Shown: in pieces, positions 54,835 through 64,000 of the stretch
Numbering within the stretch: the first letter of the stretch is position 1
How the letters are laid out: the number at the start of each line of letters is the position of its first letter
NCBI GenBank assembly: GCA_964387225.1
Contig: CAYLVU010000004.1
Coordinates: forward strand, 233 to 64,232
Source of the DNA: an uncultured Clostridia bacterium
Lineage (GTDB): Bacteria; Bacillota; Clostridia; Christensenellales; Borkfalkiaceae
Length of the DNA: 64,000 bases
Reading direction: 5' to 3'
Translations under genes and position numbers: made by a program
The notes under the pieces: generated by a model
What the model saw: only the letters and a program-made list of their open reading frames with translations
Told to the model about the DNA's origin: nothing
Database searches by the model: none

Positions 54835-55759
54835 AATCGCGGGGCTTAAACTCGCGAACAACGTGATGCTTGCGCCGCTCGCCGGTTACACCAACTATCC
54901 CTTCCGGAAGATGTGCGCGGAGCTGGGCGCGGGGCTCACCTTTACCGAAATGGTGAGCGGCAAGGGGCTTTTATACGGGAGCGAGGAGACAAAGCTGCTG
55001 CTGTACTGCGGCGGCGAATCGCCCAAGGCGGCGCAGATCTTCGGCTGCGATCCCGCGATCATGCGCGCCGCCTGCGAAAGCGCGGAGCTGTCCCCCTTCG
55101 ATCTCATCGATATCAACATGGGCTGTCCCATGCCGAAAATCGTGAGAAACGGCGAGGGAAGCGCGCTTCTCGAAAACTTCCCCCTTGCGGAAAAGGTGAT
55201 CTCCGAATGTGCAAAGAGCGGAAAACGCATTTCGGTGAAATTCCGCACGGGCGTATCCGAGGAAAAAAAGACGACTGCGGAATTTGCCCGTCTGTGCGAG
55301 GGGGCGGGCGCCTCCCTGATCACCGTGCACGGGAGAACGCGGGACAAGATTTACACAGGCCCCGTCGATTATGCCGAAATCGCCGCCGCGAAGAACGCCG
55401 TGAAGATTCCCGTGATTGCAAACGGCGGCATCTGGAACGCGCGGGACGCGGAAAAGATGTTCGAGCGGACGGGTGCGGACGGGGTGATGGTTGCCCGCGC
55501 CGCGCTCTACAATCCCAACGTGTTCCGCGATCTCGAAAAACGCGAGCGCGAGCCTATCGGGCGGTTGTTTTTCCGTCAGCTCGAAGAGACGCGGGAGCTG
55601 TACGGCGAACGGTTTGCCACCGTATTCATGCGCAAAATGGCGGCGTTTTACGTCAAGGGGCAGGCGGGCGCGTCGGGAAAGAAGAACAGGCTGTTCGCCG
55701 TTCGCGATACCGAAGAGCTGAAAGCGCTCGCGCGGGAAATTTTCTGCTGCGGGACTTGA
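54818..55759 (+). CDS. dusB: tRNA-dihydrouridine synthase
   Basis: LAPLAGYTNYPFR, DINMGCPMPKIV, HGRTR. It overlaps the upstream gene by 17 nt. Confidence 0.9.
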   Translation: MIRELEIAGLKLANNVMLAPLAGYTNYPFRKMCAELGAGLTFTEMVSGKGLLYGSEETKLLLYCGGESPKAAQIFGCDPAIMRAACESAELSPFDLIDINMGCPMPKIVRNGEGSALLENFPLAEKVISECAKSGKRISVKFRTGVSEEKKTTAEFARLCEGAGASLITVHGRTRDKIYTGPVDYAEIAAAKNAVKIPVIANGGIWNARDAEKMFERTGADGVMVARAALYNPNVFRDLEKREREPIGRLFFRQLEETRELYGERFATVFMRKMAAFYVKGQAGASGKKNRLFAVRDTEELKALAREIFCCGT

Positions 55760-55773
55760 AGGAGAGAAATACC

Positions 55774-57039
55774 ATGGAAAAAACGGAACTTTATCAAAAA
55801 TACGTCAACATTCTCAAAGAGGAGCTCGTCCCCGCAATGGGCTGTACCGAGCCCATCGCAATCTCGTATGCGGCGGCAAAGGCGCGCGAGGTGCTCGGGA
55901 CGCGTCCCGAGGGCGGCAGGCTCGGCGTGAGCGGGAGCATCGTGAAAAACGCCAAGAGCGTCACCGTGCCTCATACGGGCGGGCTGCGGGGGCTCAGGGC
56001 GGCGTTCTCGGCGGGCATCCTGTTCGGGGACGCAAGCAGAGAGCTCGAAGTCCTTTCGGGGATCGGAGAGGAGTACTATCCCGCCGTGGCGCTCTACGCG
56101 AAGGAATTTCCGCTTACGGTGGAGGTGCCCGAGGATTCGCGCGTGTTCGATATCCGCGTAAACCTCTGGGGAGGCGGGCACAGCGCGTTCGTGCGCATCG
56201 CGAACGGCCACACCGATATCGTGCGGGTGGAGCGGGACGGCGAAACGCTTTTTTCCGTCTACGAGGGGGAGGAGCACCGCGAAGACAGAAGCGTGCTCAA
56301 CGTGGAGGATATCGTCGCCTTTGCGGACGCGGTCGATTTAAGCGAAGTCCGCGAAACGCTCGTAAGGCAGATCGAATACAACATGGCAATCTGCGAAGAG
56401 GGACTCAAAAACAATTACGGGGCGAACGTGGGAAAGGTGATTCTGCGCGCCTATCAGCCCGACGTGAAGCTCACCGCAAAGGCGTATGCCGCGGCGGGGA
56501 GCGACGCCCGCATGAACGGCTGCGAAATGCCCGTCATCATCAATTCGGGCAGCGGCAATCAAGGAATCACCGCCTCCGTGCCCGTCGTCGTTTACGCCCG
56601 TGCGCTCAATCTGACGGAGGATAAGCTTCTGCGGGCGCTGTGTATCTCCAATCTCGTCACCGTGCATCTCAAATCGGGAATCGGGAAGCTTTCCGCATAC
56701 TGCGGGGCGGTCTCCGCGGGTGCGGGCGCGGCGTGCGGCGTGGCATATCTTCTGGGCGGCGGCGCGAAGGAAATTTCCCACACCCTTGTCAATACCGTGG
56801 CAATCGACTCCGGAATTATCTGCGACGGCGCGAAGGCGAGCTGTGCGGCGAAGATCGCGACGGCGGTGGAGAGCGGAATGTTGGGATTGCAGATGTACTA
56901 TCAGGGAAACGAATTTTACGCGGGGGACGGAATCGTCAAGGCGGGCGTGGAGGATACGATCCGTTCGGTCTCCCGTCTCGCGCAGGAGGGTATGCGCGAG
57001 ACGAACAAGGAGATTATCAGAATCATGCTGGAAGCGTGA
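55774..57039 (+). CDS. UPF0597 / L-cysteine desulfidase family protein (YhaM/CyuA-like)
   Basis: Start at ATG 55774. Motifs include LVPAMGCTEPIAISYAAA, NSGSGNQGITASVPV and ICDGAKASCAAKIA. Confidence 0.8.
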   Translation: MEKTELYQKYVNILKEELVPAMGCTEPIAISYAAAKAREVLGTRPEGGRLGVSGSIVKNAKSVTVPHTGGLRGLRAAFSAGILFGDASRELEVLSGIGEEYYPAVALYAKEFPLTVEVPEDSRVFDIRVNLWGGGHSAFVRIANGHTDIVRVERDGETLFSVYEGEEHREDRSVLNVEDIVAFADAVDLSEVRETLVRQIEYNMAICEEGLKNNYGANVGKVILRAYQPDVKLTAKAYAAAGSDARMNGCEMPVIINSGSGNQGITASVPVVVYARALNLTEDKLLRALCISNLVTVHLKSGIGKLSAYCGAVSAGAGAACGVAYLLGGGAKEISHTLVNTVAIDSGIICDGAKASCAAKIATAVESGMLGLQMYYQGNEFYAGDGIVKAGVEDTIRSVSRLAQEGMRETNKEIIRIMLEA

Positions 57040-57171
57040 CCGTCCGCGGCGGTACGGGGATACACAACCGCAGTAAGGAAGGCGTGTAATGAAAATTACG
57101 CGCTTTTTTTGCGCTCCGACGTGAAAAAACAAAAAAATTTCCGTCAATTGCTGTACTTTTGCGGACGTTTC

Positions 57172-57180
57172 TGTTATAAT
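57172..57180 (+). promoter_or_regulatory. extended -10 promoter element upstream of gyrB
   Basis: TGTTATAAT (TGn plus TATAAT at 57175-57180). No good -35 was found. Confidence 0.45.
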
Positions 57181-57189
57181 AAACTCAGT

Positions 57190-57215
57190 CGCGCGCGCGT
57201 GCGCGCACGCGCGCG
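57190..57215. repeat. 26-nt perfectly alternating pyrimidine-purine, (CG)n-rich tract, imperfectly palindromic
   Basis: CGCGCGCGCGTGCGCGCACGCGCGCG, located between the -10 element and the gyrB start codon. Confidence 0.9.
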
Positions 57216-57250
57216 AAATTTTTTCGGACAAATTACGCTACGGAGGTCAC

Positions 57251-59164
57251 ATGAGCGATAAAGTAGAAACCGCTTACGGTGCGGAGCAAATTCAGGTGCT
57301 CGACGGATTGGAGCACATTCGCAAGCGCCCCGGCATGTACATCAGTTCCACGGACGAGAAGGGGCTGCACCACCTTGTGAGCGAGGTCGTCGACAACTCG
57401 ATCGACGAAGCGCTTGCGGGTTACTGCACCCGCGTGGACGTCACGATAAACGCGGACGGCTCCTGCACGGTCAAAGACAACGGGCGGGGGATCCCCACCG
57501 CGATCCACCCCAAGGAGGGAATTTCCACCGTGGAGGTTGTCTTTACCAAGGTGAACGCGGGAGGGAAATTCGGCGGAGATTCGGGCTATAAAGTTTCGAG
57601 CGGGCTTCACGGCGTCGGCGTCAAGGCGGTGAACGCGCTTTCCGAATGGCTGGAAGCGGAAGTTTCCCAGAACGGGCACGTCTATAAGCAGACCTACAAC
57701 CGCGGCGTGGCGCAGCGCCCGCTTGCGATCGTGGGAGACACGCAGGAGACGGGCACCAAAGTCACCTTCTTTCCCGACGCGGACATTTTCGAGACGATCG
57801 TATTCAAGTACGAGACGCTCAAAGTGCGGCTCAAAGAGCTTGCTTTTTTAAACAAGGGACTTACGATCACTCTCTGCGACAAGCGGGGGGAGAAGGAGCG
57901 CTTTGACAGCTTCTGTTACGAGGGCGGGATTTGCGAGCTCGTCGAAGAGATCAACAAGGGGAATGAGACGCTCTTTTCCGAGCCGATCTATTTCGAGGAG
58001 CAGGACGGAACGACCGTCTGCGAAATCGCGCTGCAATACAACGAGAGCTACAACGAAGTCATCTACTCCTACGCCAACAATGTCAACACGATCGACGGCG
58101 GCACCCACGTCGAGGGGTTGAAGCTCGCCCTCACCAAGGTCATCAACGACGCGGGCAAGAAGCTGAATATTTTAAAGGATGCCGACCGTCTCACGGGCGA
58201 GGACGTGCGCGAGGGCATTACCGCCGTCGTTTCCGTCAAACTGGAAAACGCGCAGTTCGAATCGCAGACGAAGGATAAGCTCAACAACAGCTTTATTCGG
58301 CAATTCGTCTCCAAATGCGTCGCGGATAAATTCGGCACCTACATTGAGGAGCACCCTCAGGAAGCGAGGGAGCTCGTTTTGCGCTGTATTACGGCGCAGA
58401 AGGCGCGCGACGCGGCGAGAAACGCCCGCGAGCTGACCCGCAGAAAGGGCGTGCTCGAAACGACGACGCTTCCCGGAAAGCTCGCCGACTGCTCGGACAA
58501 ACGCTCCGAGCTGTGCGAAATCTATATCGTCGAGGGCGACTCCGCAGGCGGCACGGCAAAGCAGGGAAGGGACAGAAGATTTCAGGCGATCCTGCCCCTG
58601 CGCGGCAAGATTCTCAACGTGGAGAAGGTGCGGCTGAACCGCGTTCTCGAAAACGCCGAAATCAAGGCGATGATCACGGCGTTCGGCTGCGGGATTTTGG
58701 ACGACTTCGACGAGAGCAAACTCCGCTACGACCGCATTATTTCCATGACGGATGCCGACGTGGACGGCGCCCATATCAGAATTCTGCTTCTCACCTTCCT
58801 CTTCCGCTACATGAGGCCGCTCATCGAACACGGGCACGTCTATTCGGCAAAGCCGCCCCTCTACAAGGCAAGCGTCAAGGGCAAAGAGGACGTGTATCTG
58901 TATTCGGAGGAGGCGAAAACCGCCTTCGACGCCGCAAACAACAACAAAGTGGAGTACCAGCGCTATAAGGGGCTGGGGGAGATGAGCACGGAACAGCTTT
59001 GGGACACGACGATGAATCCCGCCACGCGCACACTCGTCCGCGTGAGCATGCAGGACGCCGTGGAGGCGGATAAAATGTTCTCCGTTCTCATGGGCGAGAG
59101 CCCCGCGCTCCGCCGTCGGTTCATCGAAGAAAACGCGACGCTCGTAACCGATCTCGACATATAA
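57251..59164 (+). CDS. gyrB: DNA gyrase subunit B
   Basis: YGAEQIQVLDGLEHIRKRPGMYI, the GHKL ATPase and Toprim (EGDSAGG) domains, and PLRGKILNVEK. Confidence 0.97.
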   Translation: MSDKVETAYGAEQIQVLDGLEHIRKRPGMYISSTDEKGLHHLVSEVVDNSIDEALAGYCTRVDVTINADGSCTVKDNGRGIPTAIHPKEGISTVEVVFTKVNAGGKFGGDSGYKVSSGLHGVGVKAVNALSEWLEAEVSQNGHVYKQTYNRGVAQRPLAIVGDTQETGTKVTFFPDADIFETIVFKYETLKVRLKELAFLNKGLTITLCDKRGEKERFDSFCYEGGICELVEEINKGNETLFSEPIYFEEQDGTTVCEIALQYNESYNEVIYSYANNVNTIDGGTHVEGLKLALTKVINDAGKKLNILKDADRLTGEDVREGITAVVSVKLENAQFESQTKDKLNNSFIRQFVSKCVADKFGTYIEEHPQEARELVLRCITAQKARDAARNARELTRRKGVLETTTLPGKLADCSDKRSELCEIYIVEGDSAGGTAKQGRDRRFQAILPLRGKILNVEKVRLNRVLENAEIKAMITAFGCGILDDFDESKLRYDRIISMTDADVDGAHIRILLLTFLFRYMRPLIEHGHVYSAKPPLYKASVKGKEDVYLYSEEAKTAFDAANNNKVEYQRYKGLGEMSTEQLWDTTMNPATRTLVRVSMQDAVEADKMFSVLMGESPALRRRFIEENATLVTDLDI

Positions 59165-59176
59165 AGGGGAGGAAAA

Positions 59177-61744
59177 ATGGCGAAAAAAGAAACGAGCCCG
59201 GAGCTCACCGAAGAATTTAAAAAAACGCTTGCAATGACCACCGTCCTCGATATCGAGGTAAACGACGAGCTGAAACGCTCCTTTATCGCCTACGCGATGG
59301 CGGTCAACAAATCCCGCGCCATTCCCGACGTGCGCGACGGATTGAAGCCCGTGCACAGAAGGATTCTCTATTCCATGCACGAGATGGGACTTTATAACGA
59401 CAAGGCGTATAAGAAGTGCGCCCGTATCGTCGGCGACTGCATGGGAAAATATCACCCGCACGGCGACAGCTCGGTGTACGACGCGCTCGTGCGTCTTGCG
59501 CAGGACTTTTCCATCAATTTTCCGCTCGTGGACGGGCACGGGAACTTCGGTTCGGTGGACGGCGATCCTCCTGCGGCAATGCGATATACCGAGGCGCGGC
59601 TTGCAAAACTCGCCGCGGAGATGCTGCGCGATCTCGACAAAGAGACGGTGGACTTCTTCCCCAACTTCGACGGCAACGAAATGGAACCCGCCGTGCTTCC
59701 CTCCCGCTTTCCAAACCTTCTCGTAAACGGAGCGGACGGCATTGCGGTGGGCATGGCGACGAACATTCCGCCCCACAACCTTGCCGAAGTCATCGACGGC
59801 ACGATCGCCATGATAGACAATCCCGAAATTTCCGTGGACGAGCTCATGGAGCATATCCCCGCGCCGGACTTTCCCACGGGCGGTATTATTATGGGCAGGG
59901 GAGGCATCCGCAAGGCGTACCGCACGGGACAGGGGAATATCGTGATCCGCTCCAAGTGCGAGATCGAAGAGCACGGCACGGGCGCGAACACGCGCAGCCG
60001 CATCGTCGTGACCGAGATACCCTATCAGGTAAACAAGGCGCAGCTGATCGAAACGATCGCGAACATGGTGCGCGATAAACGGCTTGAAGGGATCTCCGAT
60101 ATCCGCGAGGAGTCGGGAAGAGAGGGGATGCGCATCGTGATCGAATGTAAAAAAGACGCGAACGCGCAGGTCGTTTTAAACTCTCTTTACAAGCACACCA
60201 ACCTGCAGGTTTCCGACGGCATTATTCTGCTTGCCCTCGTCGAAAACGGCACCGAGCCGCGCGTTCTCAACCTGCGCGAAATCCTTTCGTACTATCTTGC
60301 CCATCAAAAGGAAGTCATCGTAAGAAGAACGCGCTTCGAACTGCAAAAGACGGAGGAACGCGCGCACATTGTCGAGGGACTGGTGCTCGCGCTCGCCAAC
60401 ATCGACGAGGTGATCAGAATTATCAAGGAATCCGCCGACAAGAACGAGGCGAACCTGAAACTTACGGCGGCGTTTGAGCTCAGCGAAAAGCAGGCGAACG
60501 CAATTTTGGAGATGCGGCTGCAACGGCTCACTTCGCTCGAGGTCGAAAAGCTCAGAGAAGAGCTCGAAGCGCTCCGCGCAACGATTGCCGATCTCCGCGA
60601 TATTCTCGCCAACGAGGCGCGGGTGTACGAAATCATCAAAAACGATTTGATCGCGATTAAGGAGAAGTATCCCTCCGAAAGAAAGACGGAGATCTCCGTG
60701 GATTACGGCGATATCGACGACGAAGACCTCATCGACGAGGAGGACGTGGTAATTTCCATGACCCACGGCGGCTATATCAAGCGCTATCCCGCGCGCGAGT
60801 ACCGCGCGCAGAACCGCGGCGGCGTGGGCGTCACGGGGCACCGCCCCAAAGAGGACGATTTCGTGGAACAGATGTTCGTCTGTTCGACCCACGTTCCCAT
60901 TCTGCTCTTTTCCAACTTCGGGAAGGTCTATTCGATCAAGGGCTACGAAATTCCGGAGGCGAACAAGACGGCGCGCGGAAGGGCGATCGTCAACATTCTG
61001 CCGCTCGCCGCGGGCGAGAAGATTGCGGCGATTCTGCCCGTATACGAAAACGGTACCGGTTATCTCGTGATGGCGACCAAGAACGGCCTCGTTAAGAAAA
61101 CCGCGACGAGCGAATTCGAGCACATTCTGCGCAGCGGCAAGATTGCCATTAAGATCCTGGAGGACGACGAACTGATCTCCGTTCAGTTTGCGGGCGGCGA
61201 GAGCGAAATTCTCATCGCCAGCCGCTACGGGAAATGTATCCGCTTTTCCGAGGGCGACGTCCGTCCCATGGGAAGAGATACCATGGGCGTGCGCGCCATC
61301 AACCTTTCCGAGGGCGACTCCGTCGTCGATATGCTCGTTTTGCACGAGGGCTTCGACGTGCTCACCGTCTCGGAGAACGGATACGGAAAGCGCACCGATC
61401 CCGCCGATTACAGGCTGCAATCGCGCGCGGGCAAGGGCATCAAGGCGGGCGTCTTCAACGAGAAGACGGGCATGCTCGTGAACATGAAGCTCGTCAGAGA
61501 CGATCTCGACGTTATGATGGTGTCGTCCGCGGGCATCGTCATCCGTATGCACGGCGACGCGATTTCGCAGATCGGAAGAAACACTCGGGGCGTAAGACTC
61601 ATGAATCTGCGCGACGGCGTTGTGGCGACGGTCGCCGTGACCGAACGTGACGAGGAGGCGGAAGTACAGGCTCCCGAAGAGACGGCGGCGGATCTCCCGC
61701 CCGAAGAGATCGCGGGAGAAACGGAAGAGAAGGACGGAGAATAA
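59177..61744 (+). CDS. gyrA: DNA gyrase subunit A
   Basis: [26 protein letters not shown], the active-site AAMRYTE, the C-terminal beta-pinwheel, and an acidic tail. Confidence 0.97.
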   Translation: MAKKETSPELTEEFKKTLAMTTVLDIEVNDELKRSFIAYAMAVNKSRAIPDVRDGLKPVHRRILYSMHEMGLYNDKAYKKCARIVGDCMGKYHPHGDSSVYDALVRLAQDFSINFPLVDGHGNFGSVDGDPPAAMRYTEARLAKLAAEMLRDLDKETVDFFPNFDGNEMEPAVLPSRFPNLLVNGADGIAVGMATNIPPHNLAEVIDGTIAMIDNPEISVDELMEHIPAPDFPTGGIIMGRGGIRKAYRTGQGNIVIRSKCEIEEHGTGANTRSRIVVTEIPYQVNKAQLIETIANMVRDKRLEGISDIREESGREGMRIVIECKKDANAQVVLNSLYKHTNLQVSDGIILLALVENGTEPRVLNLREILSYYLAHQKEVIVRRTRFELQKTEERAHIVEGLVLALANIDEVIRIIKESADKNEANLKLTAAFELSEKQANAILEMRLQRLTSLEVEKLREELEALRATIADLRDILANEARVYEIIKNDLIAIKEKYPSERKTEISVDYGDIDDEDLIDEEDVVISMTHGGYIKRYPAREYRAQNRGGVGVTGHRPKEDDFVEQMFVCSTHVPILLFSNFGKVYSIKGYEIPEANKTARGRAIVNILPLAAGEKIAAILPVYENGTGYLVMATKNGLVKKTATSEFEHILRSGKIAIKILEDDELISVQFAGGESEILIASRYGKCIRFSEGDVRPMGRDTMGVRAINLSEGDSVVDMLVLHEGFDVLTVSENGYGKRTDPADYRLQSRAGKGIKAGVFNEKTGMLVNMKLVRDDLDVMMVSSAGIVIRMHGDAISQIGRNTRGVRLMNLRDGVVATVAVTERDEEAEVQAPEETAADLPPEEIAGETEEKDGE

Positions 61745-61755
61745 TCGGAACGCAA

Positions 61756-61800
61756 GGAATAAACCATCCGCGCGGCGGATGGTTTATTCCTTGTTCTTTT
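61756..61800 (+). terminator. intrinsic terminator of gyrBA
   Basis: GGAATAAACCATCCG (61756-61770) pairs with CGGATGGTTTATTCC (61776-61790), followed by a T-rich tail. Confidence 0.75.
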
Positions 61801-61809
61801 CCCTAAGAG

Positions 61810-61837
61810 AAAAGGCGGAGATTACTCCGCCTTTTTT
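61810..61837. terminator. bidirectional terminator; the veg stop codon lies in its loop
   Basis: GGCGGAG (61814-61820) pairs with CTCCGCC (61825-61831), flanked by A4 and T6. Confidence 0.65.
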
Positions 61838-62070
61838 AAATTGACGCGCACGCTGCCGCAAAGGACCTCCGCGTAGGAATAGGAAGTCTTTCCGAGAAAG
61901 TTTTCGTCATTCGGTTTCACCGTGAAAAGGGCGGGGTACACTCCCGAGAGCTCCCCGCAGAACTTTAAGATCCTGTTCCTGCCGAGATTCACCGTAACGT
62001 CTACCTGCCGCCGAAAGTATCCGGCGATTTTCTTTTTTACCGCCGCCACGTCGTCTTTCTGCTTAATCAC
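61822..62070 (-). CDS. veg: Veg protein (DUF1021, biofilm/sporulation-associated small protein)
   Basis: GELSGVYPALFTV...SYSYAEVLCGSVRV matches the B. subtilis Veg core (ETYPSVFVI...SYSYADIL). GTG start. Confidence 0.8.
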   Translation of the reverse strand: MIKQKDDVAAVKKKIAGYFRRQVDVTVNLGRNRILKFCGELSGVYPALFTVKPNDENFLGKTSYSYAEVLCGSVRVNLKKAE

Positions 62071-62146
62071 GGAGCGATTATCCCCCTCTGCGCGCGATTT
62101 TATACCCGTCCGTGCTTTTTTTGCAAAATCCGACCGTCTTTCTTTT

Positions 62147-62175
62147 TCATAACCGCGCTCCGCGCCGCATACAAT
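62147..62175 (+). promoter_or_regulatory. mother-cell sigma-E-type promoter candidate
   Basis: TCATAA (62147-62152), 15 nt, CATACAAT (62168-62175), compared with the B. subtilis sigma-E consensus kmATATT-N13-15-CATACAhT. Confidence 0.35.
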
Positions 62176-62207
62176 GAAGGGAACGAAAAATTCGGGAGTG
62201 GAAAATT

Positions 62208-63686
62208 ATGACGACGCAGACGGAAACTTTTCGCGGATACGGTAAAATATGCGAAATCAATGCGCAGACGGCGGTGGAATGCCGTTTCGGGCAGGAGGTG
62301 GAAACGGTGCTGGCGATGCACGCGAACGCCTCCCTGACGGGCGCGGACGCCGAAAACGGCGGGGTGCGCTACTACGGAAAGGCGCATTTTCTCCTCGTAT
62401 ACGAGGATGCGGAAAAACGGGTTTGCCGTGCGGAAAAGGGAGTGGAATTTACCGCGCGGGCAAGCGACGAACGGGTATTTCCCGCCGCACAGGCGCGGGC
62501 GGAAATCGCGGTGGAGAATCTCGCCGTGCGCAGAGAGGGGGCGAGCGTGTATCTCACGGCGCTTCTCGGCGCGGACATTCACCTCTACGGCGAAAAGTCG
62601 TTCGAATATCTCACCGGCGGGGAGCTCGTTTTCAAGCGGGAACCCGTGACCGTGCTTCTGGCGCATCTCTGCGGCGGGGCGGCGGAAGCGGAAGACGAGT
62701 TCGAGACGGAGCTTTTAGGCGATATTTTACTGCACGCCGAAACCGCGGGGCAGACGGAAGTCACCTGCGAGACGGGCACGATGCGCGCCGAAGGGGAGAT
62801 TAATCTTTCCGTTCTCGCCTTAAAGGGGGAAAACAACGTCGTCTCTTTCGAGCGGCTCGTGCCCTTCAACGTGGAAATTCCCTGCGATCAGGCGTCCTTC
62901 GGTTGCGGTGCAGAGGCGCGGGTGAGCGTTTTGAGCGCGAATATCCGCGCGGAGGCTGACGAAGAGAAGGGAAGGTGCAAAATTTCCGCCGAGTTTACGC
63001 TCGGCGTGGAGGGCTGCGTGTACGAGGAGGTGACGGTGGACGGCGTAACGGATGCGTTTTCCCGAACGAACGAAGTGGCGCTTACCTTTGTCGAGACGCA
63101 CAGCAGCGGCGCGGGGAGCTGCGACCGCGTGACCGAGCGGGTGTCCGGCAGGGCGGCGCTCTCCTCTTCCGTGGATTTTTCCGATTCCCTTCAAGCCGTC
63201 GCGTTGCAGCGCGCGGAGGCGGATCTCGTGCGCACCGACGGGGGAAAGGCGGTCGAAGGGGTGGCAATGGCGACCCTCATCGTGCTCGGCGCGGACGGTG
63301 CGCACCGCGGCGTGGAGATGAGCCTTCCGTTCTCCGTTCCCGTCGAGACGGAGGGAAAGCGGGTGAGCGTGCTCGTGTGCGGCATGAGCGCGCGGCAGAA
63401 GCAGGAGGGCGAAATCGACGCGGAAGCAACCTTAAAGATTACGGTGTGCGGCGAAAAGCAGGTGAGTGCAAGGCTGGTCGCGGCGGCGGAGGAGGGCGCT
63501 CCCGTGACGGAAAACGACTGCGCCATCAGCGTGTTTGTTCCCCGCGCGGGCGACGGGCTTTGGGAGCTCTCGAAGCGGCTGAAAAAATCTCCCGAAGAGG
63601 TTTCGGCGAGCAATCCCGATATGGAATTTCCCGTTCGGGAGGGACAGCGCGTGATCATATACAGAAAAAAGAGCTTGAAGGCATAG
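62208..63686 (+). CDS. DUF3794/SPOCS-domain protein with a LysM-like C-terminus (spore-coat-assembly-type protein)
   Basis: Repetitive beta-rich body and C-terminal ISVFVPRAGDGLWELSKRLKKSPEEVSASNP...EGQRVIIY (LysM-like). The family call rests on pattern memory only. Confidence 0.5.
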   Translation: MTTQTETFRGYGKICEINAQTAVECRFGQEVETVLAMHANASLTGADAENGGVRYYGKAHFLLVYEDAEKRVCRAEKGVEFTARASDERVFPAAQARAEIAVENLAVRREGASVYLTALLGADIHLYGEKSFEYLTGGELVFKREPVTVLLAHLCGGAAEAEDEFETELLGDILLHAETAGQTEVTCETGTMRAEGEINLSVLALKGENNVVSFERLVPFNVEIPCDQASFGCGAEARVSVLSANIRAEADEEKGRCKISAEFTLGVEGCVYEEVTVDGVTDAFSRTNEVALTFVETHSSGAGSCDRVTERVSGRAALSSSVDFSDSLQAVALQRAEADLVRTDGGKAVEGVAMATLIVLGADGAHRGVEMSLPFSVPVETEGKRVSVLVCGMSARQKQEGEIDAEATLKITVCGEKQVSARLVAAAEEGAPVTENDCAISVFVPRAGDGLWELSKRLKKSPEEVSASNPDMEFPVREGQRVIIYRKKSLKA

Positions 63687-63687
63687 A

Positions 63688-63717
63688 GGGGCGCCCCGTT
63701 GAACGGGGCGCTTTTTC
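63688..63717 (+). terminator. intrinsic terminator
   Basis: GCGCCCCG (63691-63698) pairs with CGGGGCGC (63704-63711), followed by T5. Confidence 0.8.
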
Positions 63718-63731
63718 TGCGCAAAAATGTC

Positions 63732-63760
63732 TTGCAATCCGTTTCGAAGCGTGTTATAAT
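63732..63760 (+). promoter_or_regulatory. sigma-A promoter of ispE, apparently leaderless
   Basis: TTGCAA (63732-63737), 17 nt, TATAAT (63755-63760) with TGn. The ATG is at 63768, 7 nt after the -10. Confidence 0.5.
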
Positions 63761-63767
63761 GGGAAAG

Positions 63768-64000
63768 ATGAATACGGCGAAGATCAAGGCGTACGCAAAG
63801 CTCAATCTCACGCTCGACGTCACGGGGGAGGAGGACGGATACCACCTCATCGATTCGCTCGTCGTGTCCGTCGATCTGTTCGATAAAATCGTCGTCAAGA
63901 AGCGCAGGGACTCCCTCGTTTCCGTTACGATGCGCGGCATGGGCAGCGAGAGTATTCCGCCCGAGCACAACAACGCGCAAAAAGCGGGAGAACGCTTCGT
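63768..64000 (+). CDS. ispE: 4-diphosphocytidyl-2-C-methyl-D-erythritol kinase, N-terminal part (runs off the window)
   Basis: Hand translation gives MNTAKIKAYAKLNLTLDVTGEEDGYHLIDSLVVSVDLFDKI, the IspE signature AKxNLxLxV...DGYH. Confidence 0.8.
   Translation, partial: MNTAKIKAYAKLNLTLDVTGEEDGYHLIDSLVVSVDLFDKIVVKKRRDSLVSVTMRGMGSESIPPEHNNAQKAGERF

Noticed and set aside
54913-55773. An N-terminal extension of the 708-aa ORF that contains the cysteine-desulfidase-family gene.
   Set aside because: It overlaps dusB in another frame with an Arg-rich nonsense-like translation. The family homology and RBS start at 55774. The same reasoning was applied to the extensions at 27573-28031, 33012-33569, 38167-38451, 50175-50276 and 51406-51543.

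Overview
All calls were made by eye from the sequence and ORF track, with hand-counted coordinates and no searches run. This looks like an origin-proximal core chromosome segment of a GC-rich, spore-forming Firmicute. The Clostridia-like content includes spoVT, yyaC, veg, a SPOCS/LysM-type protein and sporulation-type promoters.

Gene content, left to right:
- The 5' end of a 16S rRNA gene (minus strand) with tandem promoters.
- An arabinan-type sugar locus: two GH43 enzymes, two ABC permeases and a 953-aa binding lipoprotein.
- parB-parA-ftsH, two parS sites, cvpA and yyaC.
- jag-yidC-yidD-rnpA-rpmH, preceded on the same strand by dnaN.
- A 361-bp DnaA-box-rich gap at about 19.8-20.2 kb, where gene orientation flips from mostly minus to mostly plus.
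- rsmG, a SLOG/YpsA-like gene, GTP-type PEP carboxykinase and a few small regulators.
- A Cys T-box leader with cysE-cysS followed by a short AlaRS-like gene; then rplM-rpsI and an esterase.
- A large lipoprotein with a repeat tail, a Zn-ribbon/polyacidic protein, comFC, a NodB deacetylase and a two-OB-fold SSB-like protein.
- glyQS and glnS, three membrane proteins of unknown function, and uvrB-HAD-uvrA.
- An aminotransferase, spoVT-yabM-yabN(mazG), dusB, a cysteine-desulfidase-family protein, gyrB-gyrA, veg, a SPOCS protein and the start of ispE.

I saw no transposase, integrase, prophage, CRISPR array or recognisable defence system.

The most unusual observations are:
- A candidate oriC with no dnaA in the window, and dnaN displaced onto the rpmH strand.
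- A 604-aa AlaRS-like gene lacking the C-Ala domain, apparently co-transcribed with the Cys T-box operon.
- A 26-nt perfectly alternating CG tract at the predicted gyrB transcription start.
- Three apparently leaderless genes.
- Several small clusters of unknown function.

The many long antisense ORFs in the track are treated as GC-rich artefacts.
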